A DNA stretch of 64,000 nucleotides from NCBI GenBank assembly GCA_945939695.1, contig CAMEWE010000002.1, forward strand, positions 42,880-106,879. Reading direction: 5' to 3'. Below the pieces are notes generated by a model. The model worked only from the letters and a program-made list of their open reading frames with translations. It made no database searches and was not told the origin of the DNA. Of this stretch, positions 56,580 through 64,000 are shown in pieces. Position 1 is the first letter of the stretch; every line of letters starts with the position of its first letter. Position numbers and translations under genes: made by a program. This DNA is from an uncultured Bacteroidales bacterium. Lineage in GTDB: Bacteria > Bacteroidota > Bacteroidia > Bacteroidales > UBA932.

Positions 56580-58121
56580 ATGATAAAGGAATACGAAAAT
56601 CTTGAAGTATGGTTCGTTACCGGCGCCCAACTCCTTTACGGTGGAGACGCTGTAGTTCAGGTGGACGGACATTCACAGCAGATGGTAGACGGAATGAACG
56701 CCTCCGGCGTGCTTCCGGTGAAACTTGTATATAAGGGGACCGCAAACTCTTCCGCCGAGGTGGCCGATGTTATGGGAAGGGCTGAGGCTGATCCTAAATG
56801 CATAGGTGTAATCACCTGGATGCACACCTTCTCACCGGCTAAGATGTGGATTCACGGAATGCAGAAACTCCGCAAGCCTCTGCTTCACCTCCATACCCAG
56901 TTCAATGAGGAGATTCCATGGGATTCCATCGATATGGATTTCATGAACCTCAACCAGAGTGCCCACGGTGACCGCGAGTTCGGCCACATCCTTGCCCGTA
57001 TGCGCAAGGGCCACAAGACCGTGGTAGGCTACTGGAAGGACAGGACCACCCTCGAACATATAGCCGTATGGGAAAGGGTCGCAGCCGCTTGGGCTGATGC
57101 ACAGGACTGTCGCATCATACGCTTTGGCGACCAGATGAACAACGTGGCCGTCACCGACGGAGACAAGGTGGAAGCTGAGATGCGTCTGGGATACCACGTG
57201 GATTATATGCCTTTCAGCTCTGTGATGCCTTATTTCGAGGCTGTCAAGGATGCCGATGTGGATGAGCTCGTGGCTGAATACTTCAGGGAATACGACCATT
57301 GCTCCTGCCTGGAGAACAGGGAGAGCTTGGAATATAAGAAGATATGGAACTCCGCCAAGGCTGAACTCACCCTCAGGGCTGTGCTCAAGGATACCGGAGC
57401 GAAGGGATTCACCACCAACTTCGATGATCTCGGCGACGTGAATGTCGAGACCACGGGCAAGGGCTTCGATCAGATTCCGGGTCTGGCTTCCCAGAGGCTG
57501 ATGGCTGAAGGTTATGGCTTCGGCGCAGAGGGTGACTGGAAGACTGCCGCTCTCTACCGCACCGTATGGTTTATGTCTAGGGGACTCCCTAAGGGATGCT
57601 CTTTCCTCGAGGATTATACCCTCAATTTCGACGGCAAAACTTCGGCCATACTCCAGTCGCATATGCTTGAGGTCTGCCCTCTGATTGCCGCCGGCAAGCC
57701 TAAGCTTGAGGTTCATCAGCTCGGAATCGGTGTGCGCAAGACCCCTACTGCCCGTCTTGTATTCACCAGCAAGGAAGGCGAGGGCATCGCAGCCACCATC
57801 GTGGATATGGGCGGTCGCTTCCGCCTCATTGCCGCAGACGTGAACTGCATCAAGCCTAAGGACCTGCCGAAGCTTCCTGTGGCTTCTGCGCTCTGGATTC
57901 CTCAGCCTGATTTCGAGACCGGAGCCGCTGCCTGGATCATTGCCGGAGGTACCCATCACTCCGCCTTCTCCTACGATCTCACCCGCGAGTACTGGGAGGA
58001 TTATGCTGAAATCGCCGACATTGAGATGCTCAGCATAAACAAGGATACTACAGTGGAGAATTTCAAGAGGGATATACGCATCAATGAGGTATATTACCTC
58101 CTCAACAAAGCTCTTAAATAG
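56580..58121 (+). CDS. araA: L-arabinose isomerase
   Basis: [44 protein letters not shown]. Confidence 0.96.
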   Translation: MIKEYENLEVWFVTGAQLLYGGDAVVQVDGHSQQMVDGMNASGVLPVKLVYKGTANSSAEVADVMGRAEADPKCIGVITWMHTFSPAKMWIHGMQKLRKPLLHLHTQFNEEIPWDSIDMDFMNLNQSAHGDREFGHILARMRKGHKTVVGYWKDRTTLEHIAVWERVAAAWADAQDCRIIRFGDQMNNVAVTDGDKVEAEMRLGYHVDYMPFSSVMPYFEAVKDADVDELVAEYFREYDHCSCLENRESLEYKKIWNSAKAELTLRAVLKDTGAKGFTTNFDDLGDVNVETTGKGFDQIPGLASQRLMAEGYGFGAEGDWKTAALYRTVWFMSRGLPKGCSFLEDYTLNFDGKTSAILQSHMLEVCPLIAAGKPKLEVHQLGIGVRKTPTARLVFTSKEGEGIAATIVDMGGRFRLIAADVNCIKPKDLPKLPVASALWIPQPDFETGAAAWIIAGGTHHSAFSYDLTREYWEDYAEIADIEMLSINKDTTVENFKRDIRINEVYYLLNKALK

Positions 58122-58123
58122 CA

Positions 58124-59722
58124 ATGGCGGTGCAGGCAAAAGAACTTATCGAATCCGGGAAGGCGGTTCTCGGCATAGAACTGGGTTCTACCAGAATCAA
58201 GTCTGTCCTGATCGACGGGGAATGCAAATCCGTCGCCCAGGGCAGCTTCGAGTGGGAGAACCAGCTGGTGGACGGGCTTTGGACCTACAGCATAGACATA
58301 ATATGGAAGGGGCTCCAGGCCTCGTACGCTGACCTTTGCGACAATGTCAGGGCCCGGTACGGAGTTGAAATAACAAAGCTTGCCGGAATTGGCGTGAGTG
58401 CAATGATGCACGGATATATGGCCTTTGACAGGAATCAGAACATACTGGTGCCTTTCAGGACCTGGAGAAACACCAATACGGGAAAGGCTGCCTCCGAGTT
58501 GTCAAGCCTCTTCAACTATAACATCCCTCTACGCTGGAGCATCTCTCACCTCTATCAGGCAATACTCGACGGCGAAGAGCATGTGGGAAGCATAGATTTC
58601 CTTACAACCCTTGCGGGATACATACACTGGCAGCTCAGCGGCAGGCGGGTCCTGGGAATAGGGGACGCCTCCGGAATGATTCCGGTGGATCCTCAGACCA
58701 GGGACTACTCTGCCGAAATGGTGGAGAAGTTCGATAAACTCGTGGCGCCGTACGGCTTCTCCTGGAAGCTTCGCGACATACTGCCCGAGGCATTGACGGC
58801 AGGTCAGGATGCCGGATGTCTTACTGCTGAAGGCGCTCTCAAACTGGATCCCAGCGGCAAGCTTCAGCCCGGCACTCCGCTCTGCCCTCCTGAAGGAGAT
58901 GCCGGCACGGGTATGGTAGCGACCAATGCCGTGCGCCAGCGCACCGGAAATGTATCTGCCGGTACTTCATCCTTCTCAATGATAGTGCTGGAGAAGGAGC
59001 TCTCCCGGCCTTATGAGATGATTGACATGGTGACGACTCCTGACGGCAGCCCCGTGGCGATGGTACACTGCAACAACTGCACCTCCGAACTCAACGCCTG
59101 GGTTGGCCTATTCAAGGAGTACCAGGAGCTGCTCGGTGTGCCTGTGGATATGGGCCAGGTGTTCGGCAAACTCTACAACAATGCAATGGAAGGGGATGCC
59201 GACTGCGGCGGACTCGTGTCCTACAACTACGTTTCGGGCGAGCCTGTGACGGGTTTCGAACAGGGCAGGCCCCTGTTTGTGCGTTCTGCTTCCGACAGGT
59301 TCAACCTTGCAAACTTCTTCCGCTCCCAGCTCTACGCTTCCGTGGGCGTGTTGAAAATAGGCAACGACATACTCTTTAGGGAAGAGGGAGTAAAGGTGGA
59401 CAGGATTACCGGACACGGTGGCCTTTTCAAGACCAGGGGAGTGGGTCAGAGGGTGCTCGCCGCTGCCCTGGATTCCCCGATATCCGTGATGGAGACTGCC
59501 GGAGAAGGCGGTGCGTGGGGCATCGCCCTGCTTGCCAAGTTCCTGGTGGACAATCCCGAGAAGCTGAGTCTGGAGGACTACCTCGACAAAAAGGTGTTCG
59601 CGGGCGAGAAGGGTGTGGAGATTGCTCCTGACCCTGAGGACGTCGAGGGTTTCAACCGTTATATCGCCAACTACAAGGCGGGCTTCCCTATCGAGGCCGC
59701 GGCTGTGAAGTGCAAGCGCTAA
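58124..59722 (+). CDS. araB: FGGY-family sugar kinase (Bacteroidetes-type ribulokinase)
   Basis: [33 protein letters not shown]. Follows araA. Confidence 0.88.
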   Translation: MAVQAKELIESGKAVLGIELGSTRIKSVLIDGECKSVAQGSFEWENQLVDGLWTYSIDIIWKGLQASYADLCDNVRARYGVEITKLAGIGVSAMMHGYMAFDRNQNILVPFRTWRNTNTGKAASELSSLFNYNIPLRWSISHLYQAILDGEEHVGSIDFLTTLAGYIHWQLSGRRVLGIGDASGMIPVDPQTRDYSAEMVEKFDKLVAPYGFSWKLRDILPEALTAGQDAGCLTAEGALKLDPSGKLQPGTPLCPPEGDAGTGMVATNAVRQRTGNVSAGTSSFSMIVLEKELSRPYEMIDMVTTPDGSPVAMVHCNNCTSELNAWVGLFKEYQELLGVPVDMGQVFGKLYNNAMEGDADCGGLVSYNYVSGEPVTGFEQGRPLFVRSASDRFNLANFFRSQLYASVGVLKIGNDILFREEGVKVDRITGHGGLFKTRGVGQRVLAAALDSPISVMETAGEGGAWGIALLAKFLVDNPEKLSLEDYLDKKVFAGEKGVEIAPDPEDVEGFNRYIANYKAGFPIEAAAVKCKR

Positions 59723-60123
59723 TGGAACTTATCTGGGATCCTTTGCGTAAGAAAAATGTAGCTGCCACACCCGAGGAACGGGTGCGGCAGTGGTTTATTA
59801 CGCAGTTGCGCGACCGCTTCAAAGTGCCTGTAACAATGATGATGAGCGAGGCGGGCTTCCTTTTCGGGGGCAAACGATACCGCGCGGACATAATTGTTTA
59901 CGGTCGTGACGGCAAGCCGGTGGCAGTGGTGGAGTGCAAGAGGCCCGAAGTTGACCTTGATGCGTCTGTCGCAGAACAGGCGATGAAGTACAATTCCGTG
60001 CTTGGAGTAAAATTTTTGATACTGACAAACGGAAATTTGACCTATCTTTACACTTTGGAAAACGGGGTGTTCGTCCCTTGTGGCCGCATTCCCCTCTATG
60101 AAGAGATGATATGTCAACGGTAA
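59722..60123 (+). CDS. Stand-alone HsdR-N-terminal-like PD-(D/E)xK domain protein
   Basis: WDPLRKK...TPEERVRQ, RADIIVY, VECK, AEQAMKYN, TNG. Confidence 0.8.
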   Translation: MELIWDPLRKKNVAATPEERVRQWFITQLRDRFKVPVTMMMSEAGFLFGGKRYRADIIVYGRDGKPVAVVECKRPEVDLDASVAEQAMKYNSVLGVKFLILTNGNLTYLYTLENGVFVPCGRIPLYEEMICQR

Positions 60124-61559
60124 CAGCTCAGTTTTTGGACAGGCCGATATTCAGGATAATCGGAGAAGTTGCTGAAAGCAGAGGCGTAAGAGCCTTTGTG
60201 ATAGGAGGTTATGTTAGAGATTGCTTCCTCGGTCGCAAGTGTAATGATATAGATGTAGTGGTGGAAGGGAGCGGAATAGACTTCGCTCGCGCAGTGGGGG
60301 AGAAGACTGGCAGGTACGTCTCCTATTTCAAGAACTTCGGCACGGCGATGATGCATTTCGGCGGAGACGAAATTGAGTTCGTAGGTGCCAGAAAGGAGTC
60401 TTACAGGCGCGAATCCCGAAAACCCATAGTGGAGGACGGGAGCCTGGAGGATGACCAGTGCCGGCGGGACTTCACCATCAATGCAATGGCGTTTTCCCTC
60501 CAGAAAGAAGACTTCGGTGCCCTGGTCGATCCTTTCGGTGGAATACGGGACCTTGCCGACGGTGTCATCAGAACCCCGTTGGACCCTGACACCACCTATT
60601 CCGACGATCCTCTGAGAATGTTGCGCGCGGTGCGTTTCGCTGCCAAGCTCTCCACCCCGGAGCGCCGTTTCCGCATAGTGCCGGAGTCCATGGCCTCTAT
60701 GCGCCGTATGGCGGAACGCCTGAACATACTCTCAAAGGAAAGGATTGCGGACGAGTTGTGCAAGATGCTTGTGTGCCGTCAGCCTTCCATAGCTATTTCC
60801 CTGATGCAGGAGGCAGGATTGCTGCATTACATACTTCCCGAGATCGAAGCCCTGAAGGGGGTGGAGACCGTGGACGGGAAAGGTCACAAGGACAATTTTG
60901 AGCATACGTTGGCGGTACTCGACAATATACGCACCGAGGACGTGGAGCCCCAGAAGGAACGCGACCACCTGCTCTGGTTGCGTTGGGCTGCACTGCTGCA
61001 CGATATAGGCAAGCCTGCAAGCAAACGTTTCGACCCGAGGCTCGGCTGGACTTTCCACGGCCACGATGTGATCGGAGCCAGGATGGTGCCCCGTATATTC
61101 AACCGGCTGCGCCTATCCCAGGATGAGATGAAGTACGTCAGTAAGCTGGTACGTCTGCACCTGCGCCCCATAGCCCTGGTGGATGATGAGGTCACGGACT
61201 CCGCCGTACGCAGACTGCTGTTTGACGCCGGCAATGACATCGACGACCTGATGCTGCTCTGCAACGCGGATATCACCTCCAAGAACGAGGCCAAGGTTGC
61301 CCGGATACGTTCCAACTTCCTTCTCGTATCGCGCAAACTCGTGGAAGTGGAGGAGAAGGACGCCATACGCAATTTCAAGAATCCTATTGACGGCGAATAT
61401 GTTATGAAGGTGTACGGAATTGAGCCTTGCAGGGAGATAGGTCTGCTCAAGGATATGGTCAAGGAAGCCATACTGGATGGCCTGATAGGCAACAATTTCG
61501 AGGAGGCGGATGCCTATATGCGGCAGCGTGCCCCTGAACTTGGTCTAAAGGAAGCATAG
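60111..61559 (+). CDS. cca: tRNA nucleotidyltransferase (CCA-adding) with HD domain
   Basis: IGGYVRD, DIDVVV, RRDFTINA, DDPLRMLRAVRF, LLHDIGK. Confidence 0.94.
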   Translation: MSTVTAQFLDRPIFRIIGEVAESRGVRAFVIGGYVRDCFLGRKCNDIDVVVEGSGIDFARAVGEKTGRYVSYFKNFGTAMMHFGGDEIEFVGARKESYRRESRKPIVEDGSLEDDQCRRDFTINAMAFSLQKEDFGALVDPFGGIRDLADGVIRTPLDPDTTYSDDPLRMLRAVRFAAKLSTPERRFRIVPESMASMRRMAERLNILSKERIADELCKMLVCRQPSIAISLMQEAGLLHYILPEIEALKGVETVDGKGHKDNFEHTLAVLDNIRTEDVEPQKERDHLLWLRWAALLHDIGKPASKRFDPRLGWTFHGHDVIGARMVPRIFNRLRLSQDEMKYVSKLVRLHLRPIALVDDEVTDSAVRRLLFDAGNDIDDLMLLCNADITSKNEAKVARIRSNFLLVSRKLVEVEEKDAIRNFKNPIDGEYVMKVYGIEPCREIGLLKDMVKEAILDGLIGNNFEEADAYMRQRAPELGLKEA

Positions 61560-62483
61560 ATGCTCTCGGCCTACATAGACTATCTGAAGGGGGTCCGTCG
61601 TTATTCCGAAAGGACCTGCACGCTCTATGAAGGAATTTTGAAGGATTTCTTCATGTTTGCGGGCTGCCCGCCAGAAGGGGATATTTCTGTCCTTGACTAC
61701 CAGCTTGTCAGGTCCTATGAAGTATACCTTATGGAAACGAAGGATGACGGGCCGCGCACAGTCAATCTTCACCTTTCTGCGCTCAGCAGTTTTTGCCGGT
61801 ATCTGATGAAGGAAGGACTGCTGGATTCCAATCCCGTCCGTCTGCTCAAAAAACCGGCGCAGGCCAAAAGAATACCGGAGTTCTTCCGTGAGGATGCATT
61901 GAGGGCTTATTTCGAATCCACGAAGGGCGTGATGGAGTTCGGAGATTATAAGTCAAAGCTCAACAGGATGATTATCAGTATTCTATATAATACGGGAATA
62001 CGTCGTTCCGAACTGATTGGCTTGACACGCGGCTCTGTGGATCTTTCCAGGAGGGTGCTGAGGGTAAGGGGAAAGGGAGATAAAATACGAGAAATTCCTC
62101 TGCTCCCTTCATTTTGTGAAGAAATTTCTTTATATTTACAATCGCAAGACTCTTTGAAATGTGCGGATTTGTCGCCTGACGCTCCGCTCTTGCAGACGGA
62201 GAAGGGAAACGCCCTATATCCTGTCTTTGTCGAGCGGGTGGTCAAGAAGGAGCTGGGAGACGTGGAGGGAATAGGCGGACGCAAGTCCCCGCACGTGCTC
62301 AGGCATACCCTGGCAACTGAACTTCTCGACAACGGGGTCGACCTCTTTTCCATAAAGGAGCTTCTCGGACACTCCTCGCTTGCCGCGACCCAGGTCTATA
62401 CCCACAATTCGGCAGAGCGCTTGCGGAAAGTATATGAAAACGCCCACCCAAGGGCAAAAAACGGAGGTAAAAATGGAGATTAA
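61560..62483 (+). CDS. xerC: Tyrosine recombinase XerC-like
   Basis: GIRRSEL, GKGDK, HVLRHT, LGHSS, TQVYTH; all catalytic residues present. Confidence 0.88.
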   Translation: MLSAYIDYLKGVRRYSERTCTLYEGILKDFFMFAGCPPEGDISVLDYQLVRSYEVYLMETKDDGPRTVNLHLSALSSFCRYLMKEGLLDSNPVRLLKKPAQAKRIPEFFREDALRAYFESTKGVMEFGDYKSKLNRMIISILYNTGIRRSELIGLTRGSVDLSRRVLRVRGKGDKIREIPLLPSFCEEISLYLQSQDSLKCADLSPDAPLLQTEKGNALYPVFVERVVKKELGDVEGIGGRKSPHVLRHTLATELLDNGVDLFSIKELLGHSSLAATQVYTHNSAERLRKVYENAHPRAKNGGKNGD

Positions 62484-62763
62484 AATCAAAGCTCTGAAAT
62501 TCGACGCCGGCGAGAAGCTCGTTGCGTTTGTCGAGAAAAAGGTGGCTCGTCTGTCCAAATTCTTTGATGGCGTAGCCCAGGAAGCAGAGGTTTCCCTTGA
62601 GGACATCAAGGAAGGCAAGAAAGCCAAAATCCAGATCAACATTCCGGGCGATACGCTCATCATCGAGCGCGTGGCTGACACATTTGAAAACGCCATCACG
62701 GAATGTGTGGACGCGATGAAGGAAAAGCTGACCCGAGCAAAGGAAAAGAAATACGAGAAATAG
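62473..62763 (+). CDS. hpf: Ribosome hibernation promoting factor (HPF/RaiA)
   Basis: MEIKIKALKFDA..KL..FVEKKV.RL, IPGDTL, TFENAI. ATG at 62473. Confidence 0.9.
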   Translation: MEIKIKALKFDAGEKLVAFVEKKVARLSKFFDGVAQEAEVSLEDIKEGKKAKIQINIPGDTLIIERVADTFENAITECVDAMKEKLTRAKEKKYEK

Positions 62764-62767
62764 TTTC

Positions 62768-63802
62768 TCAAACATTGAGAATTTTTGAGATGAGCTCTGG
62801 AAAGAGCTCATCTGTCGTTACGGGGCTGCCTCCCTTGCTGTAGTAGTCATATTCGCAGAGTAGGGATATTACCTGGCGGCACTTCTGGGGAGGATAGGCT
62901 CTGACGGCTCCCTCGTACTCCCTGTAGAAGTAAGGATTCACTCCCTGCAATGCCACGGCCTTCATTTCGGGGCTTACCGGACCCCTGGACAGCAGCACTC
63001 CGTATTTCAGTATGCGTTGGAAGTTGGTGAAGAGCATTGCCATCGCTGCCGGCATGGAAAACCTTGCGGCTGCGCTCATCCTCTCCGCTATGACCAGGGC
63101 GCGAGATGCCCTGTGCGCATTGAGCTCCTTTGTGAGCTCGAAGATGCTGAACTCCCTGGATATGCCCACGTTCCTGTCTATGTCCGCCGCGCTCACGCCG
63201 GTGCTGCCTTCCGGCAGGTTCCTGACCAGTTTGTCGGTTTCATCTGCAATCTTGGAAAGGTCGCTGCCCGCATATTCCGCGAGCAGTGCTGCCGCATCCG
63301 GGCTTATGTTGAGGGAACGGCTTCTGTAGTAGGCACTTATCCATCCCGGGACCTCATAATCCCTGAGCTGTGGTGAATCTACCACCTTGCCCTTTTTTGC
63401 AAAGCACTTGTAAAGGGCTCCGCGCTTGTCCAGCTTGCCTCCGTGCATCGCCACAACCAGCACCGTGCTTTCCAGCGGATTCTCGCAGTATGCCAGCAAA
63501 TTGTCCACGTCTTTCATCAACTGGGCTTCCTTCAGCACCACGAGCTGCCTGTCTGACATCATAGGGTAGCGCCGCGCGCAGGAAATCACCTGCTCAGCGT
63601 TGCTCTCGGTGCCGTAAAGCACGGTCTGGTTGAAATCCCTGTCCTCTTCGGCTATGCAATTGTCAAGTATCGCCTGGCAAACCATATCCGGGTAGTAGGG
63701 CTCTTCGCCCATCAGAAGATACAGGGGGCTGAATTCGCCCTTCTTGATGTCTGCGATCAACTGCCGGCAGACCATATCCATATTTTCGGTGTTTTTGGCC
63801 AT
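62768..63802 (-). CDS. holA: DNA polymerase III subunit delta
   Basis: YLLMGEEPYY, DFN...YG, PMMSDRQLVVLKEAQ, VGISREFSIFEL. Confidence 0.93.
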   Translation of the reverse strand: MAKNTENMDMVCRQLIADIKKGEFSPLYLLMGEEPYYPDMVCQAILDNCIAEEDRDFNQTVLYGTESNAEQVISCARRYPMMSDRQLVVLKEAQLMKDVDNLLAYCENPLESTVLVVAMHGGKLDKRGALYKCFAKKGKVVDSPQLRDYEVPGWISAYYRSRSLNISPDAAALLAEYAGSDLSKIADETDKLVRNLPEGSTGVSAADIDRNVGISREFSIFELTKELNAHRASRALVIAERMSAAARFSMPAAMAMLFTNFQRILKYGVLLSRGPVSPEMKAVALQGVNPYFYREYEGAVRAYPPQKCRQVISLLCEYDYYSKGGSPVTTDELFPELISKILNV

Positions 63803-63829
63803 AGTTATGCGAAATTAGTCATTTTTTAT

Positions 63830-63837
63830 TAAATTTG
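63830..63837 (+). promoter_or_regulatory. -7 box TAAATTTG for the gene at 63887
   Basis: Exact TAnnTTTG match, divergent from holA. Confidence 0.55.
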
Positions 63838-63886
63838 TCATACTGTAACACATATAACGCAATTACTGAAATAATCAATTAAAATT

Positions 63887-64000
63887 ATGAACAAAATTAT
63901 TTCATTTTTCTCAGCAGCCTGCCTGCTGCTCGGAGGCTCTTCACTTTTCGCCCAGGATGCCACTATCCGTATTCACGATGCAGGGACCGGAGTGACAATT
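63887..64000 (+). CDS. 5' part of a secreted protein, possibly GH51 alpha-L-arabinofuranosidase
   Basis: Signal peptide MNKIISFFSAACLLLGGSSLFA, then QDATIRIHDAGTGVTI, reminiscent of GH51 N-termini. Truncated by the window edge. Confidence 0.4.
   Translation, partial: MNKIISFFSAACLLLGGSSLFAQDATIRIHDAGTGVTI

Noticed and set aside
59722-60123. Type I restriction-modification system
   Set aside because: Only a 133-aa N-terminal-like domain is present, with no helicase, methylase or specificity genes.
61560-62483. Tyrosine recombinase as the integrase of a mobile element
   Set aside because: It has Xer-like size and motifs, is coupled to cca and hpf, and no att-like repeats or cargo are visible.

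Overview
Chromosomal segment of a gut/rumen-type Bacteroidales bacterium. This is inferred from the TAnnTTTG promoters, A-rich SD-less start regions and Bacteroidetes-type gene families; the exact lineage cannot be fixed from the sequence alone. Left to right: (1) a plant-glycan, probably xyloglucan, CAZyme cluster with AraC, GH9, GH74 and three GH31 genes and no SusC/SusD in view; (2) housekeeping genes (lactonase, ferritin, GreA, ATPase-CobB, rpsU, DUF2795); (3) an AT-richer PlpD-like patatin/beta-barrel gene, a GH3 plus CE1-esterase pair and an EamA transporter; (4) the stand-out locus at 25.7-34.0 kb, a tightly coupled five-gene operon encoding a multi-zinc-ribbon protein, a membrane Ser/Thr kinase, a four-module SpoVK/CbbX-type AAA+ ATPase, a zinc-ribbon-FHA protein and a PP2C phosphatase, a self-contained phospho-switch of unknown function that I cannot match to a described system; (5) core genes (DPP III, rplU-rpmA, serS, ruvC, OMP, lysE, PASTA, rluD, lnt, ung, coaD, lon, HU, an ORF-track-missed bS22-like peptide, Rne/Rng); (6) an L-arabinose operon lacking araR; (7) HsdR-N, cca, xerC, hpf, holA and the start of a secreted protein at the right edge. 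No rRNA, tRNA, CRISPR array or IS element was recognised. All calls come from motif reading without database searches.
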